From positions 32,001 to 96,000 of the forward strand of contig JBFIHX010000001.1 of assembly GCA_041601615.1 (NCBI GenBank): a stretch of DNA of 64,000 bases, written 5' to 3'. The DNA is from Thermoplasmatota archaeon (lineage in GTDB: Archaea > Thermoplasmatota > E2 > JACPAO01 > JAHFTW01). Below the pieces are notes generated by a model. It made no database searches. It was given only the letters and a program-made list of their open reading frames with translations, and was not told where the DNA came from. The position numbers were made by a program, and so were the translations under genes. This document shows, piece by piece, positions 55,493 through 64,000 of this stretch (positions are counted from its first letter, which is position 1; the number at the start of each line of letters is the position of its first letter).

Positions 55493-56149
55493 ATGAAGCG
55501 CGTACAAAACAGCAAAAAGATCCTCCTGACGACGAGTCTCCTTCTCGGCTTTTTCCTCGTCAGCGTCCCGACTGCGTCTGCGGGGGACAAGTGCGTAGAA
55601 ATCAACTTCCAGTACACGGACGGCCACAGCGATGTGGGCAAGTTCTGTGAGGGCAACGACATCGAATCCGGCTTGCACGTGGACTCTCTGCACGTCTCCT
55701 GCTCGGACAAGTTCATCGGCGGAGTTGGCCAGAAGAGCGACCTTGCCGGCCACACCATTGACACTTGGGTCATTGTAAAGCTGGACAAAGATGGCGAAGT
55801 GGACAAGATCTGCGGCTCCGAGCCTGAAGACGAGTGCCCGACCCTGACGGCAACCCTGCAAGCAAACGGCGACGTGCTCCTAGAGTTTGACGAGGTCAAG
55901 AAGAACCAGAAACTGTACCGCTCCGATGACGGCGGGGACTTCGAAGAAATCGTCAAGCTCGACGAGGACGCAACGAGCTATCTCGACACGGACACGGATG
56001 ACGGAGTTACCTACGTCTACAGCTTCGACAAGAAGGGCGAATGCCCCGCTGAAGTGACCCAGATCCCCGTGTTCCCGACGCTGCTGGCCGCTGGCCTCGC
56101 AGTCATTGGCAGCAGCCTTGCCTACGCTGGCCTGCGCCGCCGCAAGTAG
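55493..56149 (+). CDS. Secreted acidic protein with FN3-like domain and PEF-CTERM-like sorting signal
   Basis: Signal peptide; YRSDDGG.F...SYLDTD..DGVTYVY; C-terminal IPVFPT-TM-RRRK. Confidence 0.75.
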   Translation: MKRVQNSKKILLTTSLLLGFFLVSVPTASAGDKCVEINFQYTDGHSDVGKFCEGNDIESGLHVDSLHVSCSDKFIGGVGQKSDLAGHTIDTWVIVKLDKDGEVDKICGSEPEDECPTLTATLQANGDVLLEFDEVKKNQKLYRSDDGGDFEEIVKLDEDATSYLDTDTDDGVTYVYSFDKKGECPAEVTQIPVFPTLLAAGLAVIGSSLAYAGLRRRK

Positions 56150-56241
56150 ACCCCTGCTCCCGGACGCAGCCCACAGCTCGCCGCCCGACACGGGTTCGCT
56201 CTTGTCGGTTCCGGCGGCTCTTCTTCCCTTTCTCTTAAATC

Positions 56242-57885
56242 ATGGAGACGGGGTCATCCGAATTGGACGGCATCCTCTTGGGCCTGGAATTCGACTCCTC
56301 CGACCCCCTCGTCGTCTTTGGCGCCGTGGCGGGCATCATCTTCCTGGGTTTCCTGGGCAACCTCGTGTTCTCCCGCTTCAAGCTCAACGACACGCTCTTG
56401 TTGATTCTGGTGGGGGTAATTCTTGGGCCCCTGCTTGGCTACCTAGAACCCACGACATTGCAGAGCCTGAGCAACATCGTGGGCCCCTTGGCTCTGATTC
56501 TCATTCTGTTTGACGGCGGCCTCGCGCTGAACTTGCGCGACTTGGTGCATGGTCTTGGCAACGCGACGGTTCTGGGTCTTGTGTCGTTCGTGGCGACCAC
56601 AGGCCTCGTGGGTCTCGTGGTGGCCACCGCGCTGGGCATTCCATTCACCACGGCGCTCATCCTTGGCGCCATTCTGGGCGGCACCTCCGCACTCGTGGTC
56701 TTGCCGAGCCTGGAACACATGAACGTCGAGAAGCGCACGGGTACGGTCCTAGGCCTCGAATCGGCACTGACGGATGTGCTCGTGGTGGTCGTGAGTTTCA
56801 CGCTCATCAGCATCGTCGCAGCGGGCACCGCCATGACAACGGGCGTGGGCGAGAACCTCACCGCTGCACTGGACGGAGCATCGGGGCCCTCCTTCGACGC
56901 CCAAGGCATCGCCTCGAAGCTGCTGATTACGTTTGCCATGAGCCTCTTCATGGGCATCGCGGCCGGCCTCGTCTGGCTCGTTCTCTATCCCAGGGTCCGT
57001 GAGAAGGCGTTCGGATACATGCTCACGCTGGGCTTCATGTTCAGCTTGTACGTCTTCGTGGAGTGGATCCTTGGCGACGTCAGCAGCGGCGGTGGCCCCT
57101 TGGCGGTGTTGGCCTTTGGCATCATGCTGGGCAACTATGACCGATTGGGCAAAATCGCATTCAGCCTTGGCGACGAGTTTGGCCGAGGCATGAAGCGGTT
57201 CCAAGGCGAAATCAGCTTCCTGGTGCGCACGTTCTTCTTCATTTTCCTCGGCGCCATAGTGGACTTGAGCCTGCTTCGAGACTGGTGGACCCTTGCCGTT
57301 GGTGTGCTCATCTTCGGTGCCTTGGGTGTCGCTCGCTATGTGGCGGTGGTGGCAACCACGCGCCGCGTGCGTTTGGCCGGCGACGACCTCGTATTGCTTT
57401 GCATGATGCCCCGAGGCCTTGCCGCAGCCGTTCTTGCCGCAGAACCCGCCAAGGAATTGATTCCAGGCACGGATCGGTTCGTGGCGCTGGCCTTCATCAT
57501 CCTGGTCTTGAGCAATGTGCTTGCCACCGTGGCCGGCATGGCACTGCAAGGAGGCTCCGACGGTGCCGCACCGAACAAACCGCGACCCACCACGGCTCCC
57601 GCCGGCCCCCGAGCGCCGGCCAAGAGCACCAAGGCAGCCCCGAAGTCCACCAAGGCACGAGCGGCACCTGCAAAATCAGCTCCAAAGAGCCCTGCCAAGG
57701 CCACGCCGGCCCGCAAGGCCTCGGGCGCTGGATCAATCGCTGTAACCAGTGCACCCGCTTCCAAGGCCCCCGCCAAACAAACCGAATCGGGTGCCACATC
57801 GGCCTCCAAATCGTCCACCTTCAAGCTGAGCGGCGAGACGGAAGCTGGGCTCGAAAAACTGGGCCGCCGCAGCGACCGTCGCTAG
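56242..57885 (+). CDS. CPA1/NhaP-family cation:proton antiporter with Ala/Lys/Pro-rich C-terminal tail
   Basis: ILFDGG, GLESALTD, FLVRTFFF, PRGLAAAVLA. Confidence 0.9.
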   Translation: METGSSELDGILLGLEFDSSDPLVVFGAVAGIIFLGFLGNLVFSRFKLNDTLLLILVGVILGPLLGYLEPTTLQSLSNIVGPLALILILFDGGLALNLRDLVHGLGNATVLGLVSFVATTGLVGLVVATALGIPFTTALILGAILGGTSALVVLPSLEHMNVEKRTGTVLGLESALTDVLVVVVSFTLISIVAAGTAMTTGVGENLTAALDGASGPSFDAQGIASKLLITFAMSLFMGIAAGLVWLVLYPRVREKAFGYMLTLGFMFSLYVFVEWILGDVSSGGGPLAVLAFGIMLGNYDRLGKIAFSLGDEFGRGMKRFQGEISFLVRTFFFIFLGAIVDLSLLRDWWTLAVGVLIFGALGVARYVAVVATTRRVRLAGDDLVLLCMMPRGLAAAVLAAEPAKELIPGTDRFVALAFIILVLSNVLATVAGMALQGGSDGAAPNKPRPTTAPAGPRAPAKSTKAAPKSTKARAAPAKSAPKSPAKATPARKASGAGSIAVTSAPASKAPAKQTESGATSASKSSTFKLSGETEAGLEKLGRRSDRR

Positions 57886-57921
57886 CCAAAGCCGGAACGG
57901 GCACGCGCTGGATGGATCGGA

Positions 57922-59349
57922 CTAGGCCAACGCGATGTTGATGGTGGAGATCTTCAGGTTGATCTGCACATCGTGCGTCGTGGAGGCGGCACTGCTGCCT
58001 TCGACTCGCATTTGCACGCCGGTCGCGGTGTTCGTGACTGAGTACTGCTGCGGGAACGTCAGTCCTGCATCGGCAAGGGTGCGGGTCAGGAACTCGTTCC
58101 AAACATCGGGGTATTCGGTGTCGATGTTGTAGGTGAAGCGGGGCCCTGTGCCGAGGATGTCTGAAACTTGCACAGCTTGGGTCACGACCGAGGCAGAACT
58201 GCGCCCGCCCACTGCATCGCCGCTGCCCTTGTACACAGGTTGTGTGAATTGCACCAGGGTCATGGCGCCCACCCGTTCCACCAAAAACTGGGGCTCCAAG
58301 ATCATGGAGGCGCCTTCTGGTTGGACGATGATCAGGGCGCCGTTTTCCAGGATGAGCGTTGCCTCGGGCAATTGCTGGTAGGGAATCTTGAACGTCAACC
58401 GGCCGCCTTGGTGGTTTTCTAGGTAGTTGCTGATGGTGGACCCGGTGCCGCCTCCCACGAACACCTCTTGGCCTTCCGTGGATCGCGTCACATAGGTTGC
58501 CGAGTATTCCACCGTCGGCCATTTGTTTCCGTCCAATTCGGGGAAACCATAGGTCAATTCGAAGGAAAACGGCGCCTTGGCAGCATCAAGGACCTGCTGG
58601 AAGGGCCAACTGGGGTCCAGGGCGTCGATCCAGAACCGGTTGTGTTCCTTGTACTTCACGTCCGCCGCCAACTCCTGGTCCACGAGGACTTCGCCGGTGG
58701 AGGTGATGATGCGCACCCAGAGGTCGTCTTTGTCTTTCTCGGGAACGTACGCCCGGAATGCCCCTGCAAAATTGCCGGTGTCGTCGGTGATGTCCAACTG
58801 CACGAATGCCTTCTTTTTCAGTTCCAGTTTCTCAGCAGTGGGGCCCGTGAGACGGATGCGCAGCGATTCGATGCGCTCGATGTCTTCCACCGTGCTGCTG
58901 CCGCTGGAGGTTGCCCACTGTTCATTCAAGACGCCCAAGTTCTTGCCGTTGCGGTGCACGAGCCGCAACTCAGGCGCCCAGGCACTTGTGTTGATGGTGC
59001 TGGAGCGAAATTCAATGGTCCCTGGTTCGCTGCTGGCGGCAAACAAGCCGGTTCGTTCCGGTGGCGACAGGCGCACGGGATTGGAAACGGGGCTCAAGGT
59101 GCGGTTTTCAGATTGCTTTTCACTCTGGGCCTTCAAGTCTGCAAATTGGCTGATGACCCCATCAAGGTGGGCAGCTTCGCGGTCTTCGGCCCAGCGTGGT
59201 TGGTAGTCGGTTTGGACTTGCACCATGAATGTGAAGCCGAGGGCCACGACGAGGATTGCGCCTAGGATCGTGGATGTGGCGTCGTCGCGGTCCGTCCGAT
59301 TGGAGCGGTGCGGGCGGGCCGGGCGATGCGATCGAGATGCGCTCGTCAT
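57922..59349 (-). CDS. Large pilin-like protein with class III signal peptide
   Basis: DRDDA|TSTILGAILVVAL followed by P.W....E..H, typical of archaeal minor pilin-like proteins. Confidence 0.7.
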   Translation of the reverse strand: MTSASRSHRPARPHRSNRTDRDDATSTILGAILVVALGFTFMVQVQTDYQPRWAEDREAAHLDGVISQFADLKAQSEKQSENRTLSPVSNPVRLSPPERTGLFAASSEPGTIEFRSSTINTSAWAPELRLVHRNGKNLGVLNEQWATSSGSSTVEDIERIESLRIRLTGPTAEKLELKKKAFVQLDITDDTGNFAGAFRAYVPEKDKDDLWVRIITSTGEVLVDQELAADVKYKEHNRFWIDALDPSWPFQQVLDAAKAPFSFELTYGFPELDGNKWPTVEYSATYVTRSTEGQEVFVGGGTGSTISNYLENHQGGRLTFKIPYQQLPEATLILENGALIIVQPEGASMILEPQFLVERVGAMTLVQFTQPVYKGSGDAVGGRSSASVVTQAVQVSDILGTGPRFTYNIDTEYPDVWNEFLTRTLADAGLTFPQQYSVTNTATGVQMRVEGSSAASTTHDVQINLKISTINIALA

Positions 59350-61061
59350 GAGGTCACCCGGGCATATTCGATGTGTAGATTGGCTGGCGTGCCGGGGTCA
59401 TTTTGGAGGCTGCGGAAGCGAATCTTGGTGTCGCCGTTGTTCCATTCATTGGCGTTGATGGCGAGCGTCCAAGGTTGCAGGGAGGCAGAATTCAGCACAG
59501 ATCCTCGGTCGTACCAAGTGCTGGCGCCGGAATCCCAGATTTGCACGCGGAAGGAGCCGCCGTCCACGAGGTAGTTCAGTTCGAGGTTGTGGTTGGCGCT
59601 GGCAGGAATGCCTTGCCAATGGAACTCGATGTTCATGTCGTAGCCGGGCCCGTGGTCGACCTCTGCCCAGAGGGCGTTGAGGAGCCAGTCGCCGTCGTTC
59701 TGGTTGAATTTTACGGGGTCGAAGACGACCTTGGGGTAGGCGCGGACGGTCAATTGGTTGATGTCGGTCCAGGTCCAGGGGCCTCCGCCGGGGCGTTTGT
59801 TGGTGATGTCGTAGGAGAACGTAGACTCGGTCGGTTGCTTGGTGGCTGCAAGCACGCCGCTGACCTGGGTGCAGCCGCCGGCGGTGCAGGCGTTGAGTTG
59901 CCAGCCGTCGTTGACGTGGTTGTTGATGTAGCCAGAGCCCTTGACGACGACGCGGAGGATCTGATTGGAGCTCGGCGCGGCGTCCGGGAGGCTCAGTTCG
60001 AGCGGGGAGCTTACAGATTGCTTGTACTTGGCGTACTTGTTGTTGAGGCCGTCTGCGGCGCGGTCCGGGCTCTCCCAGTCCTGGCTGTAGACGACGGTGT
60101 TGCCGTACAAGGTCACGGTGCCACCCGTGCCGCCCCCGGGGCCCTCCGTGAGGATGGCGGCGGCATTCAGGTCGTCGGGGTTCTTGGCGGCGTCCAGGTT
60201 CGTGTGGGTCCCGATGATGTTGACTGCCGAGTCCACGTAGGTGCGGGTGGGGGGGATCGGTTCGATGTAGTCCGAGGCGACGGCGGAATTGCCAACGTTG
60301 CCAAGCACGTCGGCCATGCCCTTGGCTTGGTAGTTCAGTGTCTGGGTGGCCACCGTGGCCCAGCCACCCACGGGGGGTTGGATGGACGCGGTCCAGACGT
60401 TGCCTCCCTGGGGCGTCATGACCAGGGGAGAGCCGAGGCCTAGGTTGAATTCTAGCGTCGGGTTCGCGGTTTCGTCCACGGGGTTGCAAGTATCGATCAG
60501 GAACGCAGTGACGTTGAGGGGAGAGAGGCCGGTGAGCGCTTCGAGGTTGGCCGGTTCTTGCGAGAAGACCGCGGTGGGCGGCGTTTCGTCATCCACGCAG
60601 GACGTTTGTCCGGTAACCACCGAGATCGAGGAGAGAAGCCTCGAACCTCCGCCGTGCGGTACCGCAAACGAGATGGTAATCTGGTCGTTGAAGTTCATCG
60701 GTTGCTGGTAGGACCATGTTTCGCCGAGATCGAGAAAGCCGTCGGTGAACGCTAGATCGACGTCCGAGATGCGTTTCGCGACGCCGTTTTGCGTGATGAT
60801 GACGCTGCTGCCGAATTCGTCGATGCTTTCACCAAACATGTGCCGGATGCGAATTTGTTCGTCGCCGGTTCCCCACAACTGGTCCGGTCCGGGGTGAACC
60901 TCGGTCTTGAGGCTGGCGTGGAGTTGGTCCGGCGGGCCCGGCAGGCTGGCGATGAGCAGTCCGAGTCCGATGAAGCTCGACACGGTGATGGCCACAAGCA
61001 GGATGCTCCCTACGACGTCGGACACGCCAGAATCATCCTGATGCCATCCATGACGGTGCAC
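59346..61061 (-). CDS. Large archaeal type IV pilin-domain protein (Pilin_N) with extended C-terminal beta domains
   Basis: DDSG|VSDVVGSILLVAITV, IRHMFGESI, LGETW; GTG start inferred. Confidence 0.78.
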   Translation of the reverse strand: MHRHGWHQDDSGVSDVVGSILLVAITVSSFIGLGLLIASLPGPPDQLHASLKTEVHPGPDQLWGTGDEQIRIRHMFGESIDEFGSSVIITQNGVAKRISDVDLAFTDGFLDLGETWSYQQPMNFNDQITISFAVPHGGGSRLLSSISVVTGQTSCVDDETPPTAVFSQEPANLEALTGLSPLNVTAFLIDTCNPVDETANPTLEFNLGLGSPLVMTPQGGNVWTASIQPPVGGWATVATQTLNYQAKGMADVLGNVGNSAVASDYIEPIPPTRTYVDSAVNIIGTHTNLDAAKNPDDLNAAAILTEGPGGGTGGTVTLYGNTVVYSQDWESPDRAADGLNNKYAKYKQSVSSPLELSLPDAAPSSNQILRVVVKGSGYINNHVNDGWQLNACTAGGCTQVSGVLAATKQPTESTFSYDITNKRPGGGPWTWTDINQLTVRAYPKVVFDPVKFNQNDGDWLLNALWAEVDHGPGYDMNIEFHWQGIPASANHNLELNYLVDGGSFRVQIWDSGASTWYDRGSVLNSASLQPWTLAINANEWNNGDTKIRFRSLQNDPGTPANLHIEYARVTS

Positions 61062-61201
61062 GTGTGTCAAGTTGCGTGCCGAGGTTATAGCCCATTCCTG
61101 CAAGGTTCGTTGCCCGTGTTCGCTCTTGGGGTCTCCGGGGAGAGTTGCGACCAGGGGCGTTGGTCCCCGGCATGGCTGCTTGAAATAGCGGCCGAGGCGG
61201 T

Positions 61202-61570
61202 TCAGGAGACGTTCTGGACGAGATGCAGGTCCACAATTCGTGCCTCGGGGGCACCAAGAGCGTGCCGGATGCACAGCAAGGCTGCCGATGCGCCGGTGAG
61301 CGCGTGCGTGTCCAAGTCCATGCGAGAGTACCCTTGAACGGTGACAGTGACCTCGAGGCCTTCGGATGCAGGCAGCACTAGGGTTTCTACATGCGTCGGA
61401 TGCAAACCGTGGACGCCAGGAATTTCGTCGGCGCGCTTGACGGCCCACTCGGCGGCGGCCTCGGCGCGTCCAAGGTCGGCCCCCAGCTCAGATTCGGTGG
61501 GGAACCCTTCCAGGCGGCCGCGTGCGACGCTCATGCGGCGCGTGGGGGCTTCGTCGGTTCGGTCACGCAT
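61202..61570 (-). CDS. Divergent MoaC-fold protein lacking catalytic motifs
   Basis: TRRMSVARG, AVKRADEIPGVH, VTVTV, HALTGASAALL, IVDLHLV align by eye with MoaC. Confidence 0.6.
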   Translation of the reverse strand: MRDRTDEAPTRRMSVARGRLEGFPTESELGADLGRAEAAAEWAVKRADEIPGVHGLHPTHVETLVLPASEGLEVTVTVQGYSRMDLDTHALTGASAALLCIRHALGAPEARIVDLHLVQNVS

Positions 61571-62912
61571 CGCGCATCAGGTCCGCGTGCATGGTGGCGG
61601 CGGCGCGGCGTGCGTGCGCGACGGCCTCGATGATGCTGCTAGGCCCCAGGGCGATGTCGCCGGCCGAGAAGACGCGGGCGTGGCTGGTGCGGCACTCCTC
61701 GTCTACTTCCACGTCGCCCCACTTGCTCATCTGCACGAGGTCCTGGATGGCGTCGCGGATCGGGCTGGGGTTCTGGCCCACGGCGAGGATCACCTCGTCG
61801 GCAGCAAGCAGGAATTCGCTGCTGGGGATCGGTTCGGGTCGCTTGCGGCCGGATTCGTCCGGGATGCCCAGCTCCATCTGGACGCATTCGACGAACTTCA
61901 CGTGGCCTGCGTCGTCCGAGATGAGCCGGGTCGGGTTGGCCATCAAGAGGAATTTGATGCGCTCGTCGCGGGCCTGGACCACTTCCTCGGGGGCGGCGGT
62001 CATTTGGCGCCGGCCGCGACGGTAGACGATGTGTACGGCCTTGGCTCCGAGGCGTAGGCTGTTGCGCGACACGTCCATGGCGGTGCTGCCGCCACCGATG
62101 ATGACGATGCGTTTGTCCTTGAGGTCGTATTTTTCACCGAGCTCCAAGCGGCGAAGCCACTCGACGGCGTGCTTGACGCCCTTCAGGTCCTCGCCTTCCA
62201 CGTGGATGCTCTTGGCGGCGTGGCAGCCGACTCCCAAAAACACGGAGTCGTGGTTGGCAAGGAGGGATTCGAGGGTGTTCTCGCCTTCGCCGAGGCGCCA
62301 ACCAGTGACGAATTCGACACCCCAGTCGCGCAAGTTGTCCAGTTCCTTTGCCACCACGTCGCGGGGCAATCGGTAGGACGGGATGCCGACGGTCATCATG
62401 CCGCCAAAAATGGGCAAGGCCTCGTAGACGGTAACGCCGTGGCCCTTGCGCACGAGGTCGTAAGCGACTTGGAGGCCAGCCGGTCCGCCGCCCACGATTG
62501 CAACGGTCTTGCCGGTGGCAGCGGGGCGTTCGACTTTGGGCATCTGGCCGTGGTCGAAGGCGGCGCGCTTGAGAGAGCAAATGGCGACGGGTTCGCCCTT
62601 GATGCCGACGACGCACACGTCCTCGCAGGGATGGAAGCAGGTGCGGCCAAGCGTGCCGGGAATCGGATAGGTTTCGAGGGCAATGGCGAGGGACTTGTCA
62701 AAGTCGCCTTCTGCGATGGCCTGGATGTACTCAGGGGCCCGCGTGAGCGCTGGACAGCCGTAGGTGCAGGGCTTTGTCTTGCAGTCGATGCAGCGCTGCG
62801 CCTCCTCCACGGCGAGTGTCCGAGTGTAGCCCAAAATGGCCTCGGCGTAGCTCGTGACCCTCGTTTCTGGGTCCAGTTCTGGCATCTTGACGCGTTCGAG
62901 CTGCATCGCCAT
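61563..62912 (-). CDS. GltD/SudA-like NAD(P)H-dependent Fe-S flavo-oxidoreductase
   Basis: EAQRCIDC...C..GCP, GRTC..PCE..C, VGGGPAG, GIPSYRLP, IGGGSTAMD, FSAGD. Confidence 0.92.
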   Translation of the reverse strand: MAMQLERVKMPELDPETRVTSYAEAILGYTRTLAVEEAQRCIDCKTKPCTYGCPALTRAPEYIQAIAEGDFDKSLAIALETYPIPGTLGRTCFHPCEDVCVVGIKGEPVAICSLKRAAFDHGQMPKVERPAATGKTVAIVGGGPAGLQVAYDLVRKGHGVTVYEALPIFGGMMTVGIPSYRLPRDVVAKELDNLRDWGVEFVTGWRLGEGENTLESLLANHDSVFLGVGCHAAKSIHVEGEDLKGVKHAVEWLRRLELGEKYDLKDKRIVIIGGGSTAMDVSRNSLRLGAKAVHIVYRRGRRQMTAAPEEVVQARDERIKFLLMANPTRLISDDAGHVKFVECVQMELGIPDESGRKRPEPIPSSEFLLAADEVILAVGQNPSPIRDAIQDLVQMSKWGDVEVDEECRTSHARVFSAGDIALGPSSIIEAVAHARRAAATMHADLMRDA

Positions 62913-63036
62913 GACCGATCCTCGGTGGATGTTCTTGAATGGCCGCTCCTGAAGAGCCCTTCGACTCGAAAGGACGCGAGCCAAGGCCGCAAAACACGGG
63001 CAGATGCAGGCCGCGATGGACGGAATTTCTCGGGTT

Positions 63037-64000
63037 CTAGATGAATCGAGGCCCGACAATTTGCAGGATGATCGCTGCGAAAATCATGAGGCTCACGATG
63101 CTGGCCGATCGTCCCACGATGCGGTCCCGCCGGGCGCGTTCCATTTGCGGCCGGGCCTTCTCGACGATGCCACCGACGGCGTCGCGGAAGATGTGGCCAC
63201 CGTCCAGCGGCAGCATCGGCAGGATGTTGGTCAGGCCGACAAGGAGGTTGATCCAAAACACCCAGAACAGCGTCTGGAAGAGGGGCCAAAACACGTCGTT
63301 TTCGAAGGGCGTCTCGAAAAAGGCTGGCAAGTAGACGCCCATGACGGGTGTGCCTCGAATCTCAAAGATGGGCAATTGAATGAGCGCCAGGAGGTTGGTG
63401 CCGCTGTTGTCGAATGGGTCCGTAAACAAGCCTTGGATGAGCTCAGCATCGAAGATTTGGATCCCGACAAGGGGCGCGTTTTGCAGGTCCTCTGCGCACT
63501 GGGCGCCGCTCGTGTAGGTTTTGCCAAAGCTCAGTTCACACGTCTCATTGCCGGCGGGCGTGAGCGCAATCACGTCCTGGCGTTGCGGTTCCGTGAGCAC
63601 GTCCCAGCGGCTGGTGACGGTGATGGATTGGGTTGTGCCGTCGCGGGTGGTAACATTGAGTGTGTCGCCTGGATGCACGGACTCCATGCGTGTGCGGAAG
63701 TCGTCGACGCTTACCAGGGCAGCACCGTCGATGGCTACCAGAACATCGCCGCCCATGATGCCGCCTGCTTCGGCGCCGCCGTCCTTGGTGACGCTTTGCA
63801 CGGGGACACCATCGTGGGCTTCCACGTTGCCGGCCATGCCGCCCATGGCGGCAAGCACGAGTGCCGCTACCACGATGTTGACGGTGGCGCCGGCGGCAAA
63901 CACGCGCAATCGTTTGCGTCGCGTGGCGACCGCCATCTCCTCTTCGTCGGGTTCGACGAAAGCGCCGATGGGTACAATGACGTACAGGAGGCCGAGGGAT
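63037..64000 (-). CDS. Site-2 protease (M50) with PDZ domain, 5' part outside window
   Basis: PIGAFVEPD, FAAGATVN, PDZ segment, NILPMLPLDGGH. Confidence 0.9.
   Translation of the reverse strand, partial: SLGLLYVIVPIGAFVEPDEEEMAVATRRKRLRVFAAGATVNIVVAALVLAAMGGMAGNVEAHDGVPVQSVTKDGGAEAGGIMGGDVLVAIDGAALVSVDDFRTRMESVHPGDTLNVTTRDGTTQSITVTSRWDVLTEPQRQDVIALTPAGNETCELSFGKTYTSGAQCAEDLQNAPLVGIQIFDAELIQGLFTDPFDNSGTNLLALIQLPIFEIRGTPVMGVYLPAFFETPFENDVFWPLFQTLFWVFWINLLVGLTNILPMLPLDGGHIFRDAVGGIVEKARPQMERARRDRIVGRSASIVSLMIFAAIILQIVGPRFI

Overview
High-GC archaeal chromosomal segment, most consistent with Thermoplasmatota. Support: MCM, Hef, XPD, Cbf5, archaeal-type Adk/Cmk, NMD3, an archaeal-type tRNA-Gln, a DUF6015-like gene and TATA-type promoters. 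Mostly housekeeping: an ars operon, an ArgJ-type arginine pathway split around an ACT-domain regulator, lipB, DNA repair/replication genes, pyrBI, two tRNAs, adk-cmk-cbf5, a PolB2/RadA-like cassette, antiporters and large pilin-like proteins. The main accessory region is ~16.9-24.8 kb. It holds an integron-type cassette array on the minus strand: two canonical attC sites, one broken attC, and an attI1-like head site whose 19-bp left arm is tandemly repeated six times. There is no IntI in the window; a short serine recombinase lies divergently where intI would normally be, separated by a nested-symmetric AT-rich element. Other notable items: a HerA ATPase fused to an endonuclease-III-type 4Fe-4S motif, a PyrI lacking its zinc domain, a catalytically degenerate MoaC-like protein, a candidate arg operator, a dispersed structured RNA motif, small ORFs, and nirK and DUF6326 pseudogenes. 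All family assignments are from motif recognition by eye; no database searches were run.
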